Source of the DNA: Methanobacteriota archaeon
GTDB taxonomy: Archaea; Thermoplasmatota; Poseidoniia; Poseidoniales; Thalassarchaeaceae
Direction: 5' to 3'
DNA length: 64,000 nucleotides
NCBI GenBank assembly: GCA_014240285.1
Contig: JAAZXI010000004.1
Span: 1,476-65,475 of the forward strand
Shown piece after piece: positions 27,785-37,452 of this stretch. Numbering within the stretch: the stretch's first letter is position 1; the number at the start of each line of letters is the position of its first letter. A model generated the notes under the pieces. It saw nothing but the letters and a program-made list of their open reading frames with translations. It did no database searches and was not told the origin of the DNA. The position numbers and the translations under genes were made by a program.

Positions 27785-28773
27785 ACCATCGGCCTGCTTG
27801 AGCCGCAATCTGGGCAGCGTTGCTCCTCACTGTCGCCATAAACGTGGAAGCATGCCGGACAATTTTCTGCCAGAGTTAATTTTGCCTTTCCTTCTACATC
27901 TAAGCGCTCTGAGTCAACACGCTCCAGATTCAGAGAGTCGCGCTCGATGTCCGGAAGTTCGAATCGTCCGGGTCCGCCGATCTTCACCAGCACGTCCGGG
28001 GGTAGTGTGACCGTACCGGTATCGTCAATGATGAGTTCGCGGCTACCCGAGAGGTCAGCGATGTTCACATCAGTCCCATGTTGAGCGACGAAGCGTCCGT
28101 CCCTGAGTTCGAGTGAGCGCTCACAGAAGGCGGCGACCTCCCTGTTGTGAGTAACTAGGAAGAAGGCGACATCTTCCTCCTTGTGCAGGGTTTCGAACAA
28201 CTCCAAAACCTCCCTGCTGGTTATTGGGTCGAGTGCGCCGGTGGGCTCGTCAGCTAGAATCAGTTTGGGATTAGTAATCAGAGCACGGGCGATGGCCACT
28301 CGCTGCTGCTCACCGCCGGATAGTTCCTCGGGCATCCCCCGAGAACGCTCACCCATGCCCAAGCGATCCAGCAGTTGTTGCGCTTTGGCCCTAGCAGGGC
28401 CCGGTGGAATACCTTGGTGACGGAGGGGCTGGGCGACATTGTCAATGGCATTCAAGTGAGGTAGCAAGTTGGAGTCCTGGAAGATGAAAGAAACGGTCTT
28501 CTGGCGAAGTTCCACGAGTTGAGTCCCGGTCAGTCTAGTCATCCTACTTCCTGCCAACTCCACTCCTCCAGCTGAGGGTTTCATCAGGCCGCCGAGGCAC
28601 TTCAGCAAGGTCGACTTGCCTGATCCTGAAGGACCTATTACTGCTACTGCTTCGCCCTCATACAAAGTAACGTGCAGGCCGCGTAGTGCGACGACATTTC
28701 CATCCTCGGCCTTCGATTCGTAGACGTGATAGAGTCCATCGGCCTTGAGTATCTGCTTGCGTCCGTTCTGCAT
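27775..28773 (-). CDS. ABC transporter ATPase (MacB/LolD-like) with a C-terminal extension of about 105 aa
   Basis: Walker [11 protein letters not shown]-loop, signature LSGGEQQR, Walker [13 protein letters not shown]. The tail contains [20 protein letters not shown]. The ATG lies 1 nt after the permease stop. Confidence 0.85.
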   Translation of the reverse strand: MQNGRKQILKADGLYHVYESKAEDGNVVALRGLHVTLYEGEAVAVIGPSGSGKSTLLKCLGGLMKPSAGGVELAGSRMTRLTGTQLVELRQKTVSFIFQDSNLLPHLNAIDNVAQPLRHQGIPPGPARAKAQQLLDRLGMGERSRGMPEELSGGEQQRVAIARALITNPKLILADEPTGALDPITSREVLELFETLHKEEDVAFFLVTHNREVAAFCERSLELRDGRFVAQHGTDVNIADLSGSRELIIDDTGTVTLPPDVLVKIGGPGRFELPDIERDSLNLERVDSERLDVEGKAKLTLAENCPACFHVYGDSEEQRCPDCGSSRPMVQA

Positions 28774-28774
28774 T

Positions 28775-31700
28775 TTACTCCCCCTTCAATACTACTGCCA
28801 GATCCGCCTGTAGTGCCCTTCGCGTGGTGTAGAGCAGTGCCACCATCACCGCAATCAACACGGACGCGTTGACCAATGCGAGGTCTAACCAAGGCCAGAC
28901 TAGTTCCCTACTTATCGGTGCACTCTGACCTAGGAACAACTGGAATATGAAGCCGAAAATTCCGAAGAAGCCATTGAAAGACTCAGCGATGGCTAGACCG
29001 AGTATGACCCCTAGACCCATGCTCACAAGCAGTATGGAGAGAATCTCGAAGAGGACCAGTCGTATGACCTGGTTGGGACTCGCCCCTATTGCCTGAAGTA
29101 TGGCCAGTTCGCGCTTTCGCTGAGTCAGGACCAGGGACAGGAACACGAACGCGGAGGCCACCGAAGCCAGTGATGCCACGACGAACTGCAGGCTGAGCAG
29201 CCCGGGGGTGCCGAAGATTAGCCCCCCGTTTCGCTCGTTGTCCCTGTGGGCGGACGACCAGTCCGAGGCCGCGGTTACCCCGTTCCCGTTGGCTATCTCG
29301 ATGCTGATGGTCCTGAGTGCGTCTGCGCAGTCCTCGTCGCTCTGGTCGCACACCTCGAAGAACCAGCGAGTGGAGGTGTAGGCATCCGCAGTCGCGTTGC
29401 CAACCAGCTCCCTGTAGGCGGACTCGCCGATGACTATGGCCTGCTCCGCCTCGGACGAGGACAGGCCGGGGACCCAACTGTGCCTTCCCTGGTAGGTCAC
29501 CGTCGATTCGGTCACCGTAGTCGTCACGACCAGTTCGAAGTCCGCGCCGATCTGAAAGTCGTAATCCGTGTACTGAATGGTCTGGGACGATTCGGATTCA
29601 ATGTCATCGAGAACGTCTCTGGCTGCCTCTCCTGCAGTGAATCCACCGCCCGACCAACCGGACACTATCGCGTCGATTTCGTCTCCTGGAATCGCCTGCG
29701 AGTCCCATATCAGCGTGTCTTCGTGGCCGTCGAACAGCACCCAGGTTCGAATCAACGCGGACTTGCCCTCAGGGTTCGTAAATAGGTCCGCCACCGAAGT
29801 CATCGAATCGATGTCGGTGACGTCAGCATCGCCAGCGCGCTGGATGGCGAGCATCACCTCGTCTCTAGCCTGTTGCTCGGTGACAGGGGAGTCGAACTGT
29901 ACCTGTAAGTCTGCACCGATTTGAGCTGAGGTCGTTCGTTCGTCTACGATCGTACCGGTGTACCCCTGGACGGCGGCTAGAGTGACGATTGACAGAGTGA
30001 GCAGCATGATGACTGCGAGGCGGTTCACCGACTCGCTGGAGCCGGAACCCCGGAGTCCGCGCCGGATGTCCGAGATTGCCGGTGACCAGGAAAGCAGCCC
30101 GGTCAGTATGTTCGGTCCAGCAGCACCTATCCTACCGAGTACCAGAGCCCCTCCGACCCAGAGGCAGAACGGTCCCAGAAGCAGCAGAATCGCGTTCAGG
30201 ATGAAATTACCGATGATGCCGCTGCTCCCCCAGATCCAGAACCCCCCCTGAGACTGAATCCAGCTCTCTAGGTACGAGAGCAGCCCGACTGCGAAGGCGA
30301 TGACGTGGAGCCATGTCCTGGGCTCTCGCTTCTCGGCGACCCTCCTGACGCCCTCGTCAATCTCTATCCTCAGGAACTCCCTGGTGCGTGAGCTGCCAAA
30401 CAACAGGGCTACGCCCACGGTCAGGGCGACGATGAACAGGGTGGAACCGAAACTCAACGTCGGGTTGATTTCGATCCCACCGGATCTGAAGGACATGAAC
30501 CCGACAGCATCGAGCACCATTGGGACTGAGAGCAGCGCCAGCGTGTAGCCCACGAACCACGCGAACAGGCTGATTACCGCGAGTTCGAGCAGGATCATGC
30601 CCGACAGGGTGCTCTCCGTGCCACCTATGACACGGTGGATCGAAATCTCTCTCTTACGCTGCTCCAAAGACAGGACCAGTCCATAAATCAGCACCGAGAA
30701 GGAAAGCACCACGATGGGGATCATCAGGATGTAGTCGAAGACCTGTATGATTCCGAGGAATATGTTGAGGAAGATGATGGTACCTGAAATGAGGTCGTTG
30801 TACTCTACTATGATGCCTGCGCTGGTGTAGTTCCCGGATTCTACGTCTCCCTTCAGGGCGTCTAGCCACTTCGTCGCGTCTGCTGTGGATGTGGTGGGTA
30901 GCTGGTTCCTGTCCACCGACAGGCCGAGGTATCCGTGGTCATTGTCCATTAGGATGAGTTTCTGCTCGTCGCTGAGAACCGCGTCGGAAACCATGACCGG
31001 GTTAAACAACAGGGTTGGGTTTCCCGCCCCCCCCTCCTGGTACACGGCTGCCACTGTCAGGTTGTGGACGGTCATGTTCACCCTGCAGTACATGTATCCG
31101 GACTGGGCGTTGAAGTCCTCCTCGCCTTCGCAGTCCTCGAACCCGTCGGCGATGTTCTGGTAGCCGAGGTAGCCAGTCACGTAGGTGAAAGTGAGGGATG
31201 AGATTGTGTCGTTTACCGCAACTCCGGCGCTGCTCGCCACCTCTGAGGGCAGCACAATCGAACGGTTTGCAGCCGCATCATCAGCGCTGGCGGGCCAACT
31301 GCCGTAGATGATGCGTGAGTCCTGGCCTCGTGTCGAGTGTCGCTCGCCGAGCTCGCCATCCCATATGCCTTCACTGTAGAACCGGATCGTCCTGTCGCCA
31401 TTGATTGGTGGTCCCGATTCCAGTGCCTCAGGATAATCCCAACTGATATTGGACCAGTCGCCCGTGGGGCTCTCGGCGGCGACGACGTTGAGGGGTTGGG
31501 GGATGATGAAGTCCTCATCGAAGAAGCCGTCGACCCTGACGCCTTGGCGACCGAAGACCAGACCGCAGTCCGAGAACTCCTCCCTGGCGACGAACTCATC
31601 GCACATCGATTCCCACAACAAAGAGTCGTTGGTGCGACCCTCGGCGTCCTCTCCGGGGTCCTCCGCGAAGTCGACCTTCGCATCGAATATTTCCTCCTGG

Positions 31701-32287
31701 AGCGAGTACTGTAGGAAGGCCTGAGACAGCCCGACTCCGTATGCCAGCACCGTCGTGATAACTAGAGATGCGAGGAAGACGCCAGCGAACACAGCGAGAA
31801 CTCTCTCACGGCCCCTCCAGGAGCTCTTCGCCGCCATCAGTAGATTATCGGGCATCGCGGAGAGAATGTCCCGAATACTGGCTTCCCGAGCGGTGTTGGT
31901 CGGGGGATCGCCATACCTATTCACCCCAGAATTGCCACGTATGAATAGTGGGATACCTAGGCTAATTGGGAAGACTAGGGCCCAGAACCAAGAGAAGCCT
32001 GAGTCCTGGTACCTCCTGACTGTGACACTCAACCCCGGTAGGGTTAGGAAGAGAACGGCCAGTGCGGTGAGTAGGAGATTGAAACCTACGAGCATCGTCA
32101 TCACGGAATCGATAATCAGCGTGGTGACAAGTACGATCCAGTAGAATAGTAAGAACCACCAATATTCGGACCGTGAGGCTCTGCCACTCCAGTTCAGGTA
32201 GTTGCTCAAGCAAGACTTTACCGACTCGATGAAGGTCATCATCCTCACTGGTCTTCCATGGCCAGTTTGAGAGTGGTGTTCAGTCAT
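28775..32287 (-). CDS. Fusion permease: DUF805 domain plus two FtsX-type permease modules with two large extracytoplasmic domains
   Basis: The N-terminus FIESVKSCLSNYLNWSGRASRSEYWWFLLF...GVNRYGDPP is the DUF805 signature. Two FtsX-like regions are present (LEQRKREISIHRVIGGTESTL... and LTQRKRELAILQAIGASPNQVIRL...). The start could also be M16/M17 (32242/32239). Confidence 0.75.
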   Translation of the reverse strand: MTEHHSQTGHGRPVRMMTFIESVKSCLSNYLNWSGRASRSEYWWFLLFYWIVLVTTLIIDSVMTMLVGFNLLLTALAVLFLTLPGLSVTVRRYQDSGFSWFWALVFPISLGIPLFIRGNSGVNRYGDPPTNTAREASIRDILSAMPDNLLMAAKSSWRGRERVLAVFAGVFLASLVITTVLAYGVGLSQAFLQYSLQEEIFDAKVDFAEDPGEDAEGRTNDSLLWESMCDEFVAREEFSDCGLVFGRQGVRVDGFFDEDFIIPQPLNVVAAESPTGDWSNISWDYPEALESGPPINGDRTIRFYSEGIWDGELGERHSTRGQDSRIIYGSWPASADDAAANRSIVLPSEVASSAGVAVNDTISSLTFTYVTGYLGYQNIADGFEDCEGEEDFNAQSGYMYCRVNMTVHNLTVAAVYQEGGAGNPTLLFNPVMVSDAVLSDEQKLILMDNDHGYLGLSVDRNQLPTTSTADATKWLDALKGDVESGNYTSAGIIVEYNDLISGTIIFLNIFLGIIQVFDYILMIPIVVLSFSVLIYGLVLSLEQRKREISIHRVIGGTESTLSGMILLELAVISLFAWFVGYTLALLSVPMVLDAVGFMSFRSGGIEINPTLSFGSTLFIVALTVGVALLFGSSRTREFLRIEIDEGVRRVAEKREPRTWLHVIAFAVGLLSYLESWIQSQGGFWIWGSSGIIGNFILNAILLLLGPFCLWVGGALVLGRIGAAGPNILTGLLSWSPAISDIRRGLRGSGSSESVNRLAVIMLLTLSIVTLAAVQGYTGTIVDERTTSAQIGADLQVQFDSPVTEQQARDEVMLAIQRAGDADVTDIDSMTSVADLFTNPEGKSALIRTWVLFDGHEDTLIWDSQAIPGDEIDAIVSGWSGGGFTAGEAARDVLDDIESESSQTIQYTDYDFQIGADFELVVTTTVTESTVTYQGRHSWVPGLSSSEAEQAIVIGESAYRELVGNATADAYTSTRWFFEVCDQSDEDCADALRTISIEIANGNGVTAASDWSSAHRDNERNGGLIFGTPGLLSLQFVVASLASVASAFVFLSLVLTQRKRELAILQAIGASPNQVIRLVLFEILSILLVSMGLGVILGLAIAESFNGFFGIFGFIFQLFLGQSAPISRELVWPWLDLALVNASVLIAVMVALLYTTRRALQADLAVVLKGE

Positions 32288-32313
32288 CTCAGTCCTCCTT
32301 TAATTCCCCTGAT

Positions 32314-33048
32314 TCATGTTGCGGATTGTGAGTCCATACCCCATGCTGAACGTATGTCAGAAGCAGCCGTAACACCGTCCTTGAGTAGCAGCATCCGGTC
32401 AGCCATCGAGGCTAGCGTGGGGTCGTGGGTGACCATCAGGACTGACATACCGTCCTCCTCGCACAGTTGCTTGAACAGGTCGATTATTTCCTGTCCACTC
32501 TTCACATCGAGGTTTCCCGTTGGCTCGTCGGCCAGAAGAAGGGGGCGTGAACCTGCGATTGCCCTAGCTATAGCGACCCTCTGCCTCTGGCCGCCAGAGA
32601 GCTGGTCGGGGATGAATTCCATGCGATCCGACAGACCGACCTTGTCCAGTGCATCCCTAGCCTGCTCCTCTGCTTGCGCAGTGGGGACTCCTGAGAGCTC
32701 TAACGCGAAAATGACGTTGTCCAATGCGTTCAGCCTGTCAATCAAGTGGAAGTCCTGAAAGATCCAGCCAATGCCTCGCCTGCGAACATTAACTACGCGG
32801 CTCGGCGACTTCGTACCGTAATTGAACTCACCGAGTGAGATTAAGCCTGAATCTGCCTCAAGCAAGCCTCCAATTATGTTGAGCAAGGTCGACTTGCCGC
32901 AACCCGAAGGCCCCATCATAGCTACGAGTTCGCCAGGCTGGATTTCGAGATCTATTCCCTTGAGGACCTCTAGTCTGCGTCTTCCAGAACCGAAGCCTTT
33001 GTGCAAGTCTGTGACACGTAGCACAGCCCTACGGGCTGAAGTTGACAT
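32314..33048 (-). CDS. ABC transporter ATPase (MacB/LolD-like)
   Basis: GPSGCGKST, LSGGQRQR, LLLADEPTGNLD. ATG at 33048; the ORF track start at 33066 is TTG. Confidence 0.85.
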   Translation of the reverse strand: MSTSARRAVLRVTDLHKGFGSGRRRLEVLKGIDLEIQPGELVAMMGPSGCGKSTLLNIIGGLLEADSGLISLGEFNYGTKSPSRVVNVRRRGIGWIFQDFHLIDRLNALDNVIFALELSGVPTAQAEEQARDALDKVGLSDRMEFIPDQLSGGQRQRVAIARAIAGSRPLLLADEPTGNLDVKSGQEIIDLFKQLCEEDGMSVLMVTHDPTLASMADRMLLLKDGVTAASDIRSAWGMDSQSAT

Positions 33049-33062
33049 ATAAGCAGTTGTTG

Positions 33063-34013
33063 TCAACCACCTTGGGTTGCATCATGGTAAGCTTCAGCCA
33101 TGGCTTGTCCTTGTGCATCGGCACTCAGAGTATTCTTTACATGGTCAATTATGGAATCATCTGGATTCCTAGGGACTCCACCTGCTCGCATCCAAGCAGC
33201 ATGGACTTTTACTATCTCGTCCACCCATGCCACTACATCGGTCGCTGGCAGAAGGCACCGCTCCGGTATCACCTCGTTGTGGGTGGGAAGATTGGCTGCG
33301 ATGACAGGGCATCCGGCGGCCATCGCTATTGCTGGTGGGTAGCCGAAGCCCTCTGAGATGCTAGGGAACAGGAGGGCCTCAGCATGCTGGAAGGCCGCCA
33401 CAAGTTGTTCGTCGTCCAACTCAACCTCGCTTCCGATGTGGAGCATGTGGATGTCATCGGCTACCTCTTCGGGAAGACTGGTGATGACTTCGCGCACGAA
33501 ATTAAGTCGGTTACGCGGCTCGTCGGTGCCGACGGTAATTAGCAGGCACTTCGAGTCGTCGTCGTGCTCGGCGATGAGTTCGCGGGAGCGCGGATTACCT
33601 TCCGGGTCCCAGTAGTCGAGGTCTATCTGGTGTCGGACGAGCGCGGTTGGCTTACCCGGGAACATCCGCTCGACGTCCCTCCTCGTCATCTCCGAAGCGC
33701 AGATTAGCAAATCTGCCCTCGCCAGTCCCTCCTTCAGTCGCTTGAGGTCGCGACGGCGGAACAGACCTGGTCTCTGATCACCCACAGGAACTCTGATGTC
33801 GCCGGCCTTGATCTGGCGCGGCTCAAGGTGGAACATGTCGTGGACGGTCACCACCACGGGTATGGTGCAGGTCTCGGGGACGAGGTGAGCCTGTTCCTGG
33901 TCGGTTATGTGCAGGAGGTCGGGTTGCGAACTCTGAATTTCTTCCAATATTAGCTGTTTGTGCGAACTATTATTGGAACCTAGGTGCGGAATTTTAGTAA
34001 TACGGATTTCCAT
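33063..34013 (-). CDS. GT4-like (GT-B fold) glycosyltransferase
   Basis: PDLLHITD...VVTVHDM and the C-terminal EGFGYPPAIAMAAGCPVIA (E-x7-E region). Start uncertain: ATG 34013 is preferred, and the ORF is open to 34142. Confidence 0.6.
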   Translation of the reverse strand: MEIRITKIPHLGSNNSSHKQLILEEIQSSQPDLLHITDQEQAHLVPETCTIPVVVTVHDMFHLEPRQIKAGDIRVPVGDQRPGLFRRRDLKRLKEGLARADLLICASEMTRRDVERMFPGKPTALVRHQIDLDYWDPEGNPRSRELIAEHDDDSKCLLITVGTDEPRNRLNFVREVITSLPEEVADDIHMLHIGSEVELDDEQLVAAFQHAEALLFPSISEGFGYPPAIAMAAGCPVIAANLPTHNEVIPERCLLPATDVVAWVDEIVKVHAAWMRAGGVPRNPDDSIIDHVKNTLSADAQGQAMAEAYHDATQGG

Positions 34014-34258
34014 TGTAATTGCCTTCGTCCATCCAGGGACTTTGGCGCGATCAAGCATCACCTCGCTCGTCATATCCTGAGAATACAGTGAACTGCTCCT
34101 AGAGTGGACATCGCCGCGTACTAGTAATACCCGCTTTATCACAATCTGAGCAAGGACCTCGAGTCTTTAACTCAGGTGACTTGAGTAGGTCTTTGGATGA
34201 TATTGCTCAATGAAACGAGGCCCGTGAGTATTCAAATGTGAGGCGTGGTCGGTTAACT

Positions 34259-35413
34259 ATGGAGTCGGAGATGCAGGAACGTCCCCTTCATGTTCTGCTG
34301 GTTCACGTTTGGTACTGGCCCCATGTTGGAGGGGGTGACCAGCATGTGGAGCAGATCGGCATGGAGTTGGTACGTAGAGGCCACCGGGTCACAGTGTGGT
34401 GCGCGGACGTCCCTGCGAACGATGAGAAGAGGTTTAATCGGGGTGGTGTGGATGTTATTCGCATAGAGCCGAGTACTGTACTTGGGGGCGTCGATCCTCT
34501 GGTTTCTGTCAAAGATCTAGACATGAGCGATGTCGATGTAGTTCACCTGCACGATACGTTGCCTGTACTGATACGCAGGACTCTAGCAAAAGCCCGTGCC
34601 TCAGGCAAGCCGATTGTGACTACATATCACAATGACTACGTCAAGCATACGACTGCTGGGAGGTTGCTGAAGAGGCTTAGATGGCGTTTACAGGGCCTTA
34701 GGACGCTGAACTCATCGGATGCTCGAATAGTGCTGACTCCATATTTCGAGCAACTACTGAGGAGCAAGGGCGTGAATGGAGAACTCGAAATCATACCCAA
34801 TGGATTCTCTCCAATTGAAGAATCTCCCCAAGCTCCCCCGATTCTAGCGGGCAGGGATTCAAGCAGGCCACTTCTGGTATTTGTCGGCAGACTCAGCGAG
34901 CAGAAGGGGATTGATGTGATGATGGATGCTTGGGACATCGTTGCCTCAGAAGGAGACCCTGGTTATGATTTGGCAATCGCGGGAGATGGCGAGTTGAGAA
35001 CATGGTTGACCAAGAGGTGCAGTGAGGCAAACTGTGCATCGAATATCTCGTTGCTGGGGTTGGTGACTGAGTCGGAGAAGCGGTGGCTGTTTGAGAGTGG
35101 TACGGCTGTTGTTATTCCCTCCAGATTTGAAGGACTCCCTACAGTGTTGCTCGAGTCAATGTATGCCGGAACACCAGCGATTATGACTGATGTGAGTGGC
35201 CTTGGGAGTCTACTGATTGAGGCTGGAGCGGGGATAACAATCCCTCCGGAGGACCCTACATCGCTAGCTTCGGCTATGGACGAGGCAGCCTTGGCAAATA
35301 GAGAGAAATTGGATGATTGGGGGGCCAAAGGGACGATTGCTTCTCAGGAATATCTGTGGTCATCGGTGGTAGACCGGGTTCTGGAAGTCTATCGCAAGGT
35401 ATCTAGTGATTAG
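34259..35413 (+). CDS. GT4 glycosyltransferase
   Basis: HVLLVHVWYWPHVGGGDQHV, VVHLHD, FVGRLSEQKGID, PSRFEGLPTVLLESMYAGTPAI. ATG at 34259 (GTG at 34238 is possible). Confidence 0.8.
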   Translation: MESEMQERPLHVLLVHVWYWPHVGGGDQHVEQIGMELVRRGHRVTVWCADVPANDEKRFNRGGVDVIRIEPSTVLGGVDPLVSVKDLDMSDVDVVHLHDTLPVLIRRTLAKARASGKPIVTTYHNDYVKHTTAGRLLKRLRWRLQGLRTLNSSDARIVLTPYFEQLLRSKGVNGELEIIPNGFSPIEESPQAPPILAGRDSSRPLLVFVGRLSEQKGIDVMMDAWDIVASEGDPGYDLAIAGDGELRTWLTKRCSEANCASNISLLGLVTESEKRWLFESGTAVVIPSRFEGLPTVLLESMYAGTPAIMTDVSGLGSLLIEAGAGITIPPEDPTSLASAMDEAALANREKLDDWGAKGTIASQEYLWSSVVDRVLEVYRKVSSD

Positions 35414-35414
35414 A

Positions 35415-36635
35415 ATGTCAACCGAATCAGCAGAAATGCCTCCGCTCCTAGTAGCAAAGGGATCTTTCCAAGTCATGGGAGGCGCTGAGAGAGACCTGAT
35501 GCGCGTCCTTCCATCATTGAACCGAATATTCTCAGTGCAAATGGCAACAATCCATCCGTCTCAGGAACTCAGGAGCCTTTGCAAACGTGAGAATATTCCA
35601 CTAATTTGTCCGACTCTGTCGTGGGAGAATCCTACGGGAGCTATTTCGATTATTCTGGACACCGGTCGGGACACCTCCTCAAAGGCTTGGGGTGAATGTG
35701 AAGGCCTTGATGAAGCCATATCCAGGACCGATGTCGTACACATTGTCAGTGGAGATGGTAGCCTAACTCTGCTTGATCACATCCCTCAAACTGCAAAGGT
35801 CCACCTCCATCTGTTGGAGCCGCACAGGGGCCTTTACGAGGACACCCTCCACAGAAAGGTCGACGGGTCCCCTAAGAGGAGCCTGATGCTCACTCGACTT
35901 CTTCTATCTCGGGCTAGGCGGCGGGACAAGGCATTGATTGATACTAACTTGAAAAGAGGGAGATTTGGAGTCAGTGGAAATTCTGCCTTCTCCGCTAAGC
36001 GCACTTCCGAAGTCTACGGAATCGATGCGGGAGTATTGTGGCCTTGTGTTGATGCCTCGGAGTATCCGTCCGACTCGTCACAGGACCCTGAAAATCCATT
36101 CTCTGGATCTAACGGAGATTACGTAGTCAGTGTAGGAAGGGCATCTTGGGCCAAGGGGACTTGGGAGACGATTTCGATGCTGCAGGGTACCGGACTAGAT
36201 CTAGTCCATGTTGGCGGAGGTGATGATGCTTCACTTGCTATGATTAGAGCGCATGCTGATTCTTGTGATGTCGGACTTTGGATAGCACCAAGGCTGCCTT
36301 CTCCAGAACTTGTCAAACTAATGCGTGATTCGAGAGCGGTTGTGAGCATGGCCCATGCAGAGTCATTCGGACTCACACCAATAGAAGCCTTTGCGGTTGG
36401 AATTCCGGCCCTTTTTGTCGATGAGGGGGGCTTCCGGGAGACTCTAATCGACGGTGTGAATGGACGACTCCTGCCCCGTGGCGATTACGGCGTCTGGCAC
36501 TCCGCTCTCGAGCAAGCGGCTGATGGCGAAACCCGTATAGAATGGGCTGAGGCAGGACGGGCTCGAATCGCGAAGTTGGATCTCAGCCCGGATGCACACT
36601 GCCATCGTCTGGAGTCGATATTGGACCGTCTTTGA
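35415..36635 (+). CDS. GT4-like glycosyltransferase
   Basis: Its C-terminal half, MAHAESFGLTPIEAFAVGIPALFVDEGGFRETLIDGVNG, is typical of GT-B family 4. An ATG at 35415 follows the stop of the previous gene. Confidence 0.7.
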   Translation: MSTESAEMPPLLVAKGSFQVMGGAERDLMRVLPSLNRIFSVQMATIHPSQELRSLCKRENIPLICPTLSWENPTGAISIILDTGRDTSSKAWGECEGLDEAISRTDVVHIVSGDGSLTLLDHIPQTAKVHLHLLEPHRGLYEDTLHRKVDGSPKRSLMLTRLLLSRARRRDKALIDTNLKRGRFGVSGNSAFSAKRTSEVYGIDAGVLWPCVDASEYPSDSSQDPENPFSGSNGDYVVSVGRASWAKGTWETISMLQGTGLDLVHVGGGDDASLAMIRAHADSCDVGLWIAPRLPSPELVKLMRDSRAVVSMAHAESFGLTPIEAFAVGIPALFVDEGGFRETLIDGVNGRLLPRGDYGVWHSALEQAADGETRIEWAEAGRARIAKLDLSPDAHCHRLESILDRL

Positions 36636-36672
36636 TTCATGATTCTCTGAATCATGTCGTCAAATCATTAAA

Positions 36673-37452
36673 ATGGAGTATGATGAACGAAATTTCATGG
36701 ACGAAAGTCGCAAAGAAACAACCGGAGATCGCTCAGCCCAGATTGCCCTGACCATGGGGCTACTACTTTTTGCGTCGGTCATTCTTGGCTCGGGAGCCCT
36801 CGGAGACGACCGTAACTCTAACGCCGCTGATGATGACAATCGTGACGAAGCGGGCGATCGTTTTGGAGACGATAGGGTCGAGATGGATTTGGACGAAGAC
36901 ATGGTGAGGCTCGAGATAGCCTGCGATGACGGTGATGTCGAGGCCTGCGAAGAGCTGAGAGACATGTTCGAGAACAGGATGATGGAAGGTCGCACAGACA
37001 TGCGAGAGATGGATGAGCGCCGTGGGAACGACGATCGCGACATGCGGGGGGAGAATCAGATGCGAGTGCCACCCGAGGTGCTCCGTGAGATGGCTCAAAT
37101 GTGGTGCCATAATCATGTCTTCAACACCTTCTGGGATAACACCAACGCCGTCGAGTTGGATGACGGTTCAGGCTTCGAGATGATTACTTACGACGATGAT
37201 GACAATGAGGAAAGCACGGTAATTAGCCACGATGCAATGTGGCAAATCACATCCGGACTCGAACCACTCGTAGGATCTTGTGCTGGCATGATGATGGAGC
37301 TAATGGGAGTAGGAATGCATCCCCATGACACTGTCCACGAAGATGACTGGGGCGAGGAAGAATGGTGTGAGGAACACCCGGATGTCGCGGATTGCCAGTG
37401 GATGGACGAAGACGATTCGGATGAGTCTTATGAAAACGAGCCTCGCGACTAA
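36673..37452 (+). CDS. Hyper-acidic, Met/His/Cys-containing membrane-anchored protein (unknown)
   Basis: N-terminal anchor IALTMGLLLFASVILGSGALG, then a D/E/R/M-rich low-complexity region. Contains CDDGDVEAC, WCHNH, GMMMELMGVGMHPHD and WCEEHPDVADC. Confidence 0.5.
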   Translation: MEYDERNFMDESRKETTGDRSAQIALTMGLLLFASVILGSGALGDDRNSNAADDDNRDEAGDRFGDDRVEMDLDEDMVRLEIACDDGDVEACEELRDMFENRMMEGRTDMREMDERRGNDDRDMRGENQMRVPPEVLREMAQMWCHNHVFNTFWDNTNAVELDDGSGFEMITYDDDDNEESTVISHDAMWQITSGLEPLVGSCAGMMMELMGVGMHPHDTVHEDDWGEEEWCEEHPDVADCQWMDEDDSDESYENEPRD

